From Beijerinckiaceae bacterium (GTDB taxonomy: Bacteria > Pseudomonadota > Alphaproteobacteria > Rhizobiales > Beijerinckiaceae), in assembly GCA_027531565.1 (NCBI GenBank), contig JAPZSB010000008.1, forward strand, positions 148,350 through 212,349: a stretch of 64,000 bases of DNA. Reading direction: 5' to 3'. Shown here piece after piece: positions 8,947 through 18,253 of this stretch. Every line of letters begins with the position of its first letter. Positions within the stretch are counted from its first letter, which is position 1. A program made the translations under genes and the position numbers. Below the pieces are notes generated by a model. The model was not told where the DNA came from, searched no databases, and saw only the letters and a list, made by a program, of their open reading frames with translations.

Positions 8947-9615
8947 CTATTTTTTAGGCATGTCGCCTGAAGCGCGGGCGGGCGCAAGCGTCGCCAGTGT
9001 CTCCCGCGTGATCGTCAGGTGCCGGCGCATGGCATTGGCGGCTGCCTCGTGATCGCCGCGCAGGATGGCGGTGACGATCTCGCCATGTTCCAGATGCGAC
9101 TGGGCCAGTCGGGCCGGTGCCTCGAGCTGCACGCCGCGATGCGGGGCCAGCCGCTCCCGCGTCGAGAGCGCGATCTGCTTCAGATAGCCGTTGCGCGCGC
9201 CGTCATAGATCATCGTGTGGAACACGACATTTGCCGCCCGGTAGGCCGAGACGTCGGAATCGCGCACGATCGGCGCCATCGAGCGATGGAACATCTCGAG
9301 TTCGGCCCGCTGGGCGGCATTCATGGCCAGCGTGGCGCGCGAGGCGCAGAGGGCCTCGAGTTCGGCCATCACGTCGAACATCTCGGCCAGCCGGAGGTCG
9401 TTGGTCGGCGCGACCAGCGGCGCGCGGTGCGGCCGCAATTCCACCAGCCCGCTGGCCGCCAGCTGCCGGAGGGCTTCCCGGATCGGCGTGCGCGAGGCGC
9501 CGAATTGCTCCGCAAGGCGCGTTTCGTCGAGCGGCGTGCCGGGGGCCAGCCTCTTGCCGAGAATGTCCTGCGTCAGCCGCGTCAGGATCGTGTCGGTGCG
9601 CGTCGTCTTCTTCAC
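8947..9615 (-). CDS. GntR family transcriptional regulator (FadR/FCD subfamily)
   Basis: N-terminal wHTH LDETRLAEQFGASRTPIREALRQLAASGLVE plus a helical FCD-type C-terminal domain. Confidence 0.9.
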   Translation of the reverse strand: MKKTTRTDTILTRLTQDILGKRLAPGTPLDETRLAEQFGASRTPIREALRQLAASGLVELRPHRAPLVAPTNDLRLAEMFDVMAELEALCASRATLAMNAAQRAELEMFHRSMAPIVRDSDVSAYRAANVVFHTMIYDGARNGYLKQIALSTRERLAPHRGVQLEAPARLAQSHLEHGEIVTAILRGDHEAAANAMRRHLTITRETLATLAPARASGDMPKK

Positions 9616-9628
9616 CGATTTGCCTCTC

Positions 9629-10807
9629 CTACAGGCCGAGCCGCGCGGCCAGCGCGATCAGTTGCCGGTCCGAACCGGCAGGTCCGATCAGCGACAGCCC
9701 GAGCGGCGCGCCGTCAACCGTGCCCGCCGGCACCACCAGCTGCGGCAGGCCGGAAAGCCCGGCCGGGCACAGGAAGGCCATGGCCTCGTGGCGATAGGCA
9801 TCAAGCACCTGCGGGCTGTCATCGAGCCGCGGCGCCGGGCCCTGCACGGCCGGGCTGATGAGAACCCCGCGCGTCCCGAGAAGGGCGCGGAACCCTTCCG
9901 CGAACCGCGTGCGGACAAGGCGCGCTTCGGCGGCCTGCGCTTCGGTCAGCGTGCGGGCATAGGCGAAGCGGCCGGCGATCGGCGGGCCGAGCACCGGCTT
10001 CTGCTGCTCGAACCATGCCCCGTGCGACTGGTAGACCTCGTAGGATTGCAGCACCCGGAACGCATCGTAGATCGGGCCCTGCGGATCCGGATAGACAAGG
10101 GCCGGAGCCGGCTCGCCGGAAATCGCGGCGATCGCCGCAAGCCGCGGCGCCAGCGCGGCATGGCTGGCAGCGGGAAGCCGGGCGAAGAGATCCGCCGCTA
10201 CCATGAGATGCGGCGTCGACAGATCTGCCGTGTCGGCGGGCAGCAGCACCGAGGCCATCCGGCCGAACGTCGCGAGATCGCTGGCAAAGAAACCGCAGGT
10301 ATCGAAGGTGGGCGCCAGCGGCATACACGCGTCGAGCGTGATGGCGCCGAAAGTCGGGCGCAGGCCATAGAGCCCGCAGAAACTCGCCGGCGCCCGCACC
10401 GAACCGCCCGTATCCGAGCCGAGGGCGATGTCGCACAGCCCGGCCGCAACCGCGCTGGCCGAACCGGAGGAGGAGCCGCCGGGCACGCGATCCGGCGCGG
10501 CGGGGTTCAGCGGCGTGCCGAAATGCGCGTTGGTGCCATAGAGCGACCAGGCCAGCTCCTCGGTATGCGCCTTGCCGACGAAGCGCGCGCCCGCATCCAG
10601 CAGCGCCTGCACTGGCGGGGCATGGCGCGCGGCGACCGGCGATTGCGCCAGCTTCACCGGGTTGCCGCAACCAGTCCGGTAGCCGGCCACGTCGAACAGG
10701 TCCTTGACGGCAAAGGTCAGCCCGGCCAGTGGCCCGCCCGGGGCGTTGGGTACCGGCACAGCCGGGTAGGGCATGAAGGCGCGGGCGGGATCGTCGGGCA
10801 GCAGCAT
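9629..10807 (-). CDS. Amidase-signature family amidase
   Basis: FAVKDLFDVAGYRTGCG, GGSSSGSASAVAAG, LGSDTGGSVRAPA. Confidence 0.88.
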   Translation of the reverse strand: MLLPDDPARAFMPYPAVPVPNAPGGPLAGLTFAVKDLFDVAGYRTGCGNPVKLAQSPVAARHAPPVQALLDAGARFVGKAHTEELAWSLYGTNAHFGTPLNPAAPDRVPGGSSSGSASAVAAGLCDIALGSDTGGSVRAPASFCGLYGLRPTFGAITLDACMPLAPTFDTCGFFASDLATFGRMASVLLPADTADLSTPHLMVAADLFARLPAASHAALAPRLAAIAAISGEPAPALVYPDPQGPIYDAFRVLQSYEVYQSHGAWFEQQKPVLGPPIAGRFAYARTLTEAQAAEARLVRTRFAEGFRALLGTRGVLISPAVQGPAPRLDDSPQVLDAYRHEAMAFLCPAGLSGLPQLVVPAGTVDGAPLGLSLIGPAGSDRQLIALAARLGL

Positions 10808-10873
10808 GGTCTTCTCGTCAAACGGGGGCGCGGAGTTTGGCCTGCCGGGGCGAACCCGGCAAGCCGGCGGGCA

Positions 10874-11851
10874 TCAGGCCAGGGCCGGCTCGACGGCATG
10901 GATGCAGCGGACCATCCGCCCGGGATCGAAGCTGGCCACCGGGGGCCGCGCCGTCTCGCAGCCCTCCTGCCGGACAGGGCAGCGCGGCGCGAAGGAACAG
11001 GCCGTCGGCTTCGTTTCCAGCGCCGGCGGAGCGCCGGGAATGGCATCGAGGCGTTCGCCCTTGACGGCGCCATGCAGGTTCGCGGCGAGCAGCCCCTTCG
11101 TATAGGGGTGGCGCGGCTCGCGGATGATCTGGCGCACGGTGCCGGTCTCGACGAATTCGCCGGCATACATCACGGCGATCCGGTCCGAGACTTCGACGGC
11201 GACGCCGATATCATGCGTGACGAAGATCATCGCCATGCCGAATTCGCGCTGCAATTCGCGCAGCAGCAGCAGGATCTGGATCTGCACTGTCGCATCGAGC
11301 GCAGTGGTCGGTTCATCGGCCAGCAGCAGCTTCGGGCGGCAGGCGAGGGCCAGCGCGATCATCGCGCGCTGGCGCATCCCGCCGGACATTTCATGCGGAT
11401 AGGCCTTCATCCGCCGCTCCGGCGAGGGAATGCGCACGCGGGTCAGCATGTCGAGCGCGCGGGCGAGGCCGGCCTGCCGGCTCACACCCTCGTGCCGCAC
11501 CACCGCCTCGGCGATCTGGTCGCCGATCGTGTAGACCGGGTCAAGCGCGAGCATCGGATCCTGGAAGATCATCGAGACTACGCCGCCGCGATGATTGGCG
11601 AGCGCCCGCCCGTCCAGTGAAAGCACATCCGCCCCGGCCACGCGGACCTCGCCACCGATCGCTGTTCGGTTTTCGGGCAGGAGGCGGAGCAGGGTCTTCA
11701 GCGTCACGCTCTTGCCCGAGCCGCTCTCGCCGAGAATGCTGAGCGTCTCGCCCGGCATCAGGGTGAGGTTCACCCCGTTTACGGCATGGACCGTCCGCGC
11801 GCCGTCGAAGCGCACGGTGACATCCTTCATTTCCACCAGCGGCATCGTCAT
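10874..11851 (-). CDS. Peptide/nickel-type ABC transporter ATP-binding protein (DppD/OppD-like)
   Basis: GESGSGKSV, SGGMRQR, LLLADEPTTALD and a C-terminal oligopeptide-ABC extension with Cys motif. The start at MTMPLVEMKD makes an ATGA overlap with the upstream gene. Confidence 0.9.
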   Translation of the reverse strand: MTMPLVEMKDVTVRFDGARTVHAVNGVNLTLMPGETLSILGESGSGKSVTLKTLLRLLPENRTAIGGEVRVAGADVLSLDGRALANHRGGVVSMIFQDPMLALDPVYTIGDQIAEAVVRHEGVSRQAGLARALDMLTRVRIPSPERRMKAYPHEMSGGMRQRAMIALALACRPKLLLADEPTTALDATVQIQILLLLRELQREFGMAMIFVTHDIGVAVEVSDRIAVMYAGEFVETGTVRQIIREPRHPYTKGLLAANLHGAVKGERLDAIPGAPPALETKPTACSFAPRCPVRQEGCETARPPVASFDPGRMVRCIHAVEPALA

Positions 11852-12885
11852 GCGGGCATCTCCGCGAGGCTGTGGCCGGAGCCGGGAATCGCGGCGTGGC
11901 AGGCCACGAGATGCCGGTCGCTCGGCAGCTTGAACAGGCCCGGACTGCCGGCACTGCATACGCTCTCGGCGTTCCGGCAGCGCGGATGGAACCGGCAGCC
12001 CGAAGGCGGATTGATCGGGTTGGGCGGATCGCCGGTCAGCGGCGCTTCCTCGGTGCGCCGGTCCGGATCCATCGAGGGCATCGCGGCCAGAAGGGCGCGG
12101 GTATAGGGATGGGTCGGGTTCGCATAGAGCGTTTCGACCGGGCCGATCTCCGCCACCTCCCCGAGATACATCACCATCACGCGGTCGCTGATATAGCGGA
12201 CGACATTCAGGTCATGCGAGATGAAGATATAGGTCAGGCCCAGTTCCTTCTTGAGATCGGCGAGCAGGTTCAGCACCTGCGCCTCGACCGACTTGTCGAG
12301 CGCGGAAACGGCCTCGTCGAGGATGACGACCTTCGGCGAGAAGGCGAGGGCGCGGGCAATATTGACGCGCTGGCGCTGCCCGCCCGAGAGTTCATGCGGA
12401 TAGCGGCCGGCGAAGCGGCGCGGTTCCAGCCCGACCTTGGCGAGCAGCTCATGCGCCAGGGCCGTCGCCTTCGCGGCCGCCATGCCGTTGACGCGCGGGC
12501 CGAAGGCGATCGCGTCTTCCATCGTCAGCCGCGGATTCAGCGAGGCATAGCTGTCCTGGAACACCATCTGCACATGCCGGCGCAGTTCACGGACATCGAG
12601 ATCGACGCCGAGCCGGCGCGATTCCAGCAGGATCTGCCCGTCATCCGGGGTGATCAGATCCACCAGCAGCCGCGCCGTGGTGGATTTTCCGCAGCCGCTC
12701 TCGCCGACAATGCCGAGGGTTTCACCTTCGGCCACGTCGAAGGAAACGCCATCGACCGCCCGGACGACGCCGGTCGTCTGGCCGAACAGCCCGCCCTTGA
12801 GCGGGAAATGCTTGCGCAGGCCGTTGACCGAGAGCAGGGGCGGCTTGGGGGCCGTTTCCGGCAGGGAGGCAGGGGCCGGGTTCAT
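11848..12885 (-). CDS. Peptide/nickel-type ABC transporter ATP-binding protein (DppF/OppF-like)
   Basis: GESGCGKST, LSGGQRQR, VVILDEAVSALD. The start at MNPAPASLPE (12885) forms an ATGA overlap with the permease stop. Confidence 0.9.
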   Translation of the reverse strand: MNPAPASLPETAPKPPLLSVNGLRKHFPLKGGLFGQTTGVVRAVDGVSFDVAEGETLGIVGESGCGKSTTARLLVDLITPDDGQILLESRRLGVDLDVRELRRHVQMVFQDSYASLNPRLTMEDAIAFGPRVNGMAAAKATALAHELLAKVGLEPRRFAGRYPHELSGGQRQRVNIARALAFSPKVVILDEAVSALDKSVEAQVLNLLADLKKELGLTYIFISHDLNVVRYISDRVMVMYLGEVAEIGPVETLYANPTHPYTRALLAAMPSMDPDRRTEEAPLTGDPPNPINPPSGCRFHPRCRNAESVCSAGSPGLFKLPSDRHLVACHAAIPGSGHSLAEMPA

Positions 12886-13769
12886 GCCTTGATATCCATC
12901 GCCGAGCGCAATCCATCGGAAAGCAGGTTGAACGAGATCGAGGTGATGAAGATCATCAGGCCGGGCAGGGCCGCCACCCAGGGCTGCACATAGATCGCAT
13001 TGCGCAGGGTGTTGAGCATCAGCCCCCATTCGGGTTCCGGCGGTTTCACGCCGAGGCCGAGGAAGGAGAGGCCGGAGGCGAGGATCAGCGAGACAGAAAT
13101 CAGCCCCGTCGCATAGACGAAGATCGGCCCGATCACGTTGCCGAGCACATGCACCCGCACGATCCGGAAGGCCGAGGCACCGGAAGCACGCGCCGCCTCG
13201 ATATATTCGATCTTGCGAACTGCCGTCGTCACGCTTTCGGCGATCCGCGCGATGGGCGGCACGAAGACAATGGTCAGCGAGAGAAGCCCGTTGAAGATGC
13301 CGGCCCCCAGCGCACCGGACAGCGCGATCGCGAGCAGCACCGAGGGGAAGGCGAAGAACACGTCGATCGTCCGCATCAGCACCGTATTGACCTTGCCGCC
13401 GACAAAGCCGGCCGTGATCCCGATGGCGGAGCCGATGAAGAAGGCAATGAAGACCGGCGTCACGCCCATCAGCAGCGAGAGCCGCGCGCCATGGATCAGG
13501 CGCGAGAGCATGTCGCGGCCAAGCTCGTCGGTGCCGAGCGGAAAGCCCGGCGTGCCGATCGGCCGGAGGCGGCGGATCATCGAGGAGCGATAGGGATCGG
13601 CCGGCGCGATGAGGGGGGCGAAGATCGCCATCAGCACGAGGGCGAGCACGATGACGAGGGCGGCCATGGCGACGGGGTCGCGCCGGAACCGGCGGATGAC
13701 GCCGGCCCAGTAGCCGGGGGATTTCTCGATCGCGGCGATCGCGGTCAGGGCAGGGGCGGCGGCACTCAT
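12882..13769 (-). CDS. ABC transporter permease (DppC/OppC-like)
   Basis: 295-aa multi-TM protein with EAA loop YIEAARASGASAFRIVRVHVLGNV. Confidence 0.9.
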   Translation of the reverse strand: MSAAAPALTAIAAIEKSPGYWAGVIRRFRRDPVAMAALVIVLALVLMAIFAPLIAPADPYRSSMIRRLRPIGTPGFPLGTDELGRDMLSRLIHGARLSLLMGVTPVFIAFFIGSAIGITAGFVGGKVNTVLMRTIDVFFAFPSVLLAIALSGALGAGIFNGLLSLTIVFVPPIARIAESVTTAVRKIEYIEAARASGASAFRIVRVHVLGNVIGPIFVYATGLISVSLILASGLSFLGLGVKPPEPEWGLMLNTLRNAIYVQPWVAALPGLMIFITSISFNLLSDGLRSAMDIKA

Positions 13770-13770
13770 C

Positions 13771-14724
13771 TCAGGCCCTCTGGACGCGCGGATCGAGCAT
13801 CGACTGCACGATATCCACGATCAGGTTGAGCGCGACGAAGAACATGGCAAGCACGAGGATCGTGCCCTGCAGCAGGGGAAGGTCGCGCTGGAAAATGGCC
13901 TGGCCGAGCAGGAAGCCGGTGCCGGGCCAGGAGAAGACCGTCTCGATCAGGATCGAGCCGCCGAGCAGGTAACCCAGCTGCAGGCCCATCACGGCGAGGG
14001 CGGTCGGCGCGGCATTCTTCACGACATGGCGGAACACGCCGAAATCGAGCAGCCCCTTGGCCCGCAGGCCGGACACGAATTCCTGGCTGAGGATCTCCGC
14101 CACCAGCGCCCGGACCGTGCGGGCGATGATGCCCATCGGAATGACGGACATCGTCACGGCCGGCAGGATGAGATGGCGCACATGCACCCAGTCCCACGCC
14201 CATTCGGCGGAACCGCCCGGTCCGGCCCCGGTGGCGGGCAGCCAGTTGAGCTGCACGGAGAAGATGATCACCAGCACCATGCCGAGCCAGTAATGCGGCA
14301 CCGAGACGCCGATGATCGAGACGAAGGAGGCGAGACGGTCGATCCAGCTGTCGCGGAAATAGCCGGCCACGAAGCCGAAAAGGCTGCCGAACAGGAAGCC
14401 GATCATCGTGGCCAGCACGGCGAGCATGAGCGTGTTTCCGAGCGCCTTGCCGAGTTCCGACGCGACGGGCCGCCCGGTGGCGATGGAGACGCCGAGATCA
14501 CCCTGCAGCGTCTTCAGTACCCAGAGGCCATATTGCACCGGAAGCGGCCGGTCGAAGCCGTAGAGCTTGCGCATTTCCGCCTGGAGCTGCGCCGAGGCAT
14601 CCGGCGGCAGCACCGAAGTCAGCGGATCGCCCGGGGCAATATGGACCAGCATGAAGCAGACGATGCTCACGCCGAAGGCGACGGGAATGGTCAGGGCCAG
14701 TCGCTTGAGGATGTAGCTCAGCAT
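13771..14724 (-). CDS. ABC transporter permease (DppB/OppB-like)
   Basis: MLSYILKRLALTIPVAFGVSIVCFMLVHIAPGDP is a typical DppB N-terminus. Confidence 0.9.
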   Translation of the reverse strand: MLSYILKRLALTIPVAFGVSIVCFMLVHIAPGDPLTSVLPPDASAQLQAEMRKLYGFDRPLPVQYGLWVLKTLQGDLGVSIATGRPVASELGKALGNTLMLAVLATMIGFLFGSLFGFVAGYFRDSWIDRLASFVSIIGVSVPHYWLGMVLVIIFSVQLNWLPATGAGPGGSAEWAWDWVHVRHLILPAVTMSVIPMGIIARTVRALVAEILSQEFVSGLRAKGLLDFGVFRHVVKNAAPTALAVMGLQLGYLLGGSILIETVFSWPGTGFLLGQAIFQRDLPLLQGTILVLAMFFVALNLIVDIVQSMLDPRVQRA

Positions 14725-14743
14725 CGTCTGCTCTTCTGCCTGC

Positions 14744-16339
14744 TTACGGCGCCATCGAGATCGACGAGAAGTTCTGGAACCAGTTCTGCGCCTGCACGAA
14801 GCCCTTCACCTTGGGGCTCATCGCCCGGGCATTGACGTCATGCGTCACCATGAGGAACAGCGCCTCGTTGACGTATTTCTCGTGCACCTTCTCCAGCACC
14901 TTGTTCTGCGCCTCGGCATCGAAGGTGGTGCGGATCTGGTCGAACAGGCTCTCCATCTCCTTGTCGCAGTAATGGCCCCAGTTGGTGCCGGCCGGCGGCT
15001 GGAGGTTGCACTGGAGATGCCGGATGAAGCCGGTGAACGGGTCCTGGATGAAGTAGGAATAGTTCATCCCCGTCGCCCCGCGCGAGCTTTCATGCTTCGC
15101 CCCGGCGCGCCAGATATTGATGAGCGTGTTCCATTCCACCACTTCGAAATCGATCTTGATCCCGGCTTCGGCGAGGTTCTGCTGGATGAATTCATTCATC
15201 GGCAGCGGCTGCATCTGGCCCGAGCCCGAGGGCGAGATCAGGATCTTGGTCTGCAGCGGCTTGTTCGGACCATAGCCCGCCTCGGCCAGCAGCTTCTTCG
15301 CCTCGGCGAGGTCGCGCTTGAGCTTGAAGGTCGGCTTGCCGAACCATTGATGCCCCGGTGGCATGAAGCCCTCCGCCGGCACCATCAGCCCGCCGAGCAG
15401 TTCCTTCAGCCCCTCGCGATCCACCGCGAGATTGGCCGCCTTGCGGACGCGGACATCATTCCAGGGCGAGCCCTCCGCGCTCGAGAAATGCCAGGTCCAG
15501 TTATGCGGATAGACATTGGTGACGATCTGGAAGCCGTTGCTCTTCAGCGTCGGCACGGCATCCGGCGCGGGCGCCTCGATCCAGTCGACCTGGCCCGAGC
15601 GCAGCGCCGCGGTGCGGGCATTCGGCTCCGGCAGCGGGATGAGGATCAGCTTGTCGAGCTTGGGAATGCGCGTCTTGTCCCAGTGGTCCTTGTTCGGCAC
15701 GAGTTCGGCCCGCTCGCGCGGGGTGAAGCCGGCCAGTTTCCACGGCCCGGTGCCGGAAGGCTCCTTGGCCACTTCCTGCCAGTTCCGGCCCTTCTTCTCC
15801 CATTGTGCGGGCGAGGAAATGCCGATCCAGGCGAGCTGGTAGGGCAGGGTTGCATCCGGGGCGCGGGTGATGATCTCGAGCGTCAGCGGGTCGACGGCGC
15901 GGTAGCTGGCCACGGCGGGAATGCGTGAACGCCCCTGCGAGGCCTGGCGCTGGTCGAATTGCGGCGCGTCGGATTTCAGCAGCTTGTCGAAATTCCAGAC
16001 CACCGCATCGGCGGTCAGGGTCGAACCGTCATGGAACTTCACGCCTTCGCGGATCCTGAAGGTCCATTTCGTCTTGTCATTCGCATCGACGCTCCAGCCT
16101 GTCGCGAGGCCGGGAATGAGCCCCGAGGGCTTGTCCGAACGGGTCAGGTCCCAGGCGACGAGGGCATCGTAGAGCGTGAAACCCATGAAGCGCTGGCCTT
16201 CGCCGCCCTGGTCGGGCTGGCCGGTGGTCAGCGGAATATCGGACGCGGTCATGCCGATCCGGAGGGTGCCTTGCGCCAGGACCGGCGAGGCGAGGGTGAG
16301 GACGGTCATGGCCGTCAGGGTCTGCAGGGCGCGGCGCAT
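14744..16339 (-). CDS. ABC transporter substrate-binding protein, family 5 (copy 1)
   Basis: Signal peptide MRRALQTLTAMTVLTLASPVLAQ, then the family-5 SBP core (KWTFRIREGVKFHDGSTLTADAVVWN). Paralogous to the next gene. Confidence 0.88.
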   Translation of the reverse strand: MRRALQTLTAMTVLTLASPVLAQGTLRIGMTASDIPLTTGQPDQGGEGQRFMGFTLYDALVAWDLTRSDKPSGLIPGLATGWSVDANDKTKWTFRIREGVKFHDGSTLTADAVVWNFDKLLKSDAPQFDQRQASQGRSRIPAVASYRAVDPLTLEIITRAPDATLPYQLAWIGISSPAQWEKKGRNWQEVAKEPSGTGPWKLAGFTPRERAELVPNKDHWDKTRIPKLDKLILIPLPEPNARTAALRSGQVDWIEAPAPDAVPTLKSNGFQIVTNVYPHNWTWHFSSAEGSPWNDVRVRKAANLAVDREGLKELLGGLMVPAEGFMPPGHQWFGKPTFKLKRDLAEAKKLLAEAGYGPNKPLQTKILISPSGSGQMQPLPMNEFIQQNLAEAGIKIDFEVVEWNTLINIWRAGAKHESSRGATGMNYSYFIQDPFTGFIRHLQCNLQPPAGTNWGHYCDKEMESLFDQIRTTFDAEAQNKVLEKVHEKYVNEALFLMVTHDVNARAMSPKVKGFVQAQNWFQNFSSISMAP

Positions 16340-16402
16340 GGCGGCTCTCCGGAAACGGGGAAGGAAATCCCTGCCGGGAGCGACCCGGCAGGGCATGTCA
16401 CA

Positions 16403-18052
16403 TCAATCGATCGACATCGGCGCGATATCGATGAACCAGCTCTTCGGCTGCACGACGCCCTTGACCTTGGCGCTCATCGCACGCGGGCCGACGTCATGCG
16501 CCACCCAGAGGAACGGGGCCTCCTCGACGATGCGCTTGTGCAGGTTGGCGAGCGCGGCATCGCGGGCGGGACCGTCGAAGGTCGAGCGCGCCTTGGCGAT
16601 CAGCCCGTCGAACTCGTCATTGCCGAAATAGCCCCAGTTGTTCGAGACCGGCGGGAAGGTCTTCGTCGAGACGAAGCGCACCATCGCGAAGAACGGATCC
16701 ATCGTGGCGAAGGTCACGTTGATCGCATTCGCGCCCCGCGCCTTCGGGTCCTTGGCGCCCTCGCGCCAGTTGGTGAAGACCGCGTTCCACTCGATCACGT
16801 CCAGCTCGACATCGAAGAAGCATTCCTTCAGCGCCTGCTGGAGATACTCGTTCATGGTCACCGGCTGCATCTGGCCCGAACCCGAGGCCGAGGTCAGCAC
16901 CTTCACCTTGAGCGGCTTGGCAGCGGAATGGCCGGCTTCCGTCATGAGCTTCTTGGCGGTGGCGAGATCATACTTGATGTCGAAGCTGGGGTTGCCCCAC
17001 CACGGATGGTCCGGCGAGACCGAACCCTTCGGAATCCCCATCATGCCGCCGAGCAGCGTTTTCAGTTCCTCGCGGTTCACGCAGAGATTGGCGGCGTGGC
17101 GGACGCGCTTGTCGAGCCAGGGCGAGCCTTCCGCGAAGGAGAACTGCCATGGCCAGACATGCGGCTGCGGGTTGGAATAGATGGTGAAGCCGCCGGACTT
17201 GATGCGCGGCATGGCATCCGGCGCCGGCGCTTCCACCCAGTCAACCTGGCCCGAGAGCAGGGCGGCGGTACGGGCATTGGCATCCGCGAGCGGCAGCAGG
17301 ACGACGCGGTCGATCTTCGGCGTGCGCTTCGGATCCCAGTAGCCCTTGTTCGCCACCATCTCGAACCGCTCGCGCGGCTGCAGGCGGACGCCCCGGAACG
17401 GGCCGGTGCCCGAGGGCTCGGCCGCGAAGGCCACCCAGGCCTGCTTGGCGCGCTCGGCCGGATCGGTCACCGAGGCCGGCACGGCCGCCAGCTTGGCGTT
17501 CCAGTGGGCCGGGCTGGCAATGAAGAGGTTGGTCAGGTTGATCGGCAGGAAGCTGTCCGGCTCGGAGGTGGTCAGTTCGACGGTGAGATCGTCGATCTTC
17601 CGCGCGGAACGCAAGGTCGGCATCCGCGAGACCGTCACGCCGACCTGGCTCGCGTCGAAATGCGGCGCATCGCGCTTGAGCACCTTCTCGACATTCCAGA
17701 CGATGGCATCGGCGGTCAGGGCCGAGCCATCATGGAATTTCACGCCGGGGCGCAGCTTGAAGACCCATTTGGTCTTGTCATTCGCGTCGACCGCCCATTC
17801 CGTCGCGAGGCCGGGAATGACCACGCTGGCCTTGTCAGCCGAGGACAGGTCCCAGGCGGTCAGCGCGTCATACATCGGGATCCCGGTGAAGCGGTTGCCT
17901 TCGAAGCCCTGGTCGGGCTGGCCATGCGTGCGCGGAATGTCGGCGGCGGTCATCCCGATGCGCAGGACCTTTTCCTGCGCCATGGCGGGGGCGACCAGCA
18001 TCGAGCCGGCAAGCAGGCCGGCGGTGATGATCTGTCTGACGGTGAAGTGCAT
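16403..18052 (-). CDS. ABC transporter substrate-binding protein, family 5 (copy 2)
   Basis: Signal peptide MHFTVRQIITAGLLAGSMLVAPAMAQ. Shares many blocks with copy 1 (RIGMTA.DIP, GQPDQG, KFHDGS.LTADA.VWN). Confidence 0.88.
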   Translation of the reverse strand: MHFTVRQIITAGLLAGSMLVAPAMAQEKVLRIGMTAADIPRTHGQPDQGFEGNRFTGIPMYDALTAWDLSSADKASVVIPGLATEWAVDANDKTKWVFKLRPGVKFHDGSALTADAIVWNVEKVLKRDAPHFDASQVGVTVSRMPTLRSARKIDDLTVELTTSEPDSFLPINLTNLFIASPAHWNAKLAAVPASVTDPAERAKQAWVAFAAEPSGTGPFRGVRLQPRERFEMVANKGYWDPKRTPKIDRVVLLPLADANARTAALLSGQVDWVEAPAPDAMPRIKSGGFTIYSNPQPHVWPWQFSFAEGSPWLDKRVRHAANLCVNREELKTLLGGMMGIPKGSVSPDHPWWGNPSFDIKYDLATAKKLMTEAGHSAAKPLKVKVLTSASGSGQMQPVTMNEYLQQALKECFFDVELDVIEWNAVFTNWREGAKDPKARGANAINVTFATMDPFFAMVRFVSTKTFPPVSNNWGYFGNDEFDGLIAKARSTFDGPARDAALANLHKRIVEEAPFLWVAHDVGPRAMSAKVKGVVQPKSWFIDIAPMSID

Positions 18053-18120
18053 CCTGTTCTCCCTATGCCACCGTGCACGAGTTCTTGCGGCGGCCTGTGG
18101 AGCATGGGAAAGCAACGCCT

Positions 18121-18228
18121 ATGCCATGGCATGCCACGCGCAGGAGGGTGGCTTCGGGCCGGATTCACACGCGGGCGAGGCCCTCAATTGCATGCAATGT
18201 GGCGAATTGCCTGTTTTGTGGGCAATTC
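18121..18228. promoter_or_regulatory. Three palindromes in a divergent promoter region (candidate operators)
   Basis: ATGCCATGGCAT at 18121-18132 and ATTGCATGCAAT at 18187-18198 are perfect 12-bp palindromes. GAATTGCC-N9-GGCAATTC lies at 18204-18228. All sit between the SBP operon start (18052) and the racemase start (18254). Confidence 0.5.
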
Positions 18229-18253
18229 AGCGGGTCGTGAGGAAAAAACAGGC

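Noticed and set aside
15959-18253. Upstream 760 aa of the 1006-aa plus-strand ORF 15959..18979
   Set aside because: It is antisense to the two family-5 binding-protein genes. Only the last 241 codons, from ATG 18254, match a protein family (Asp/Glu racemase).
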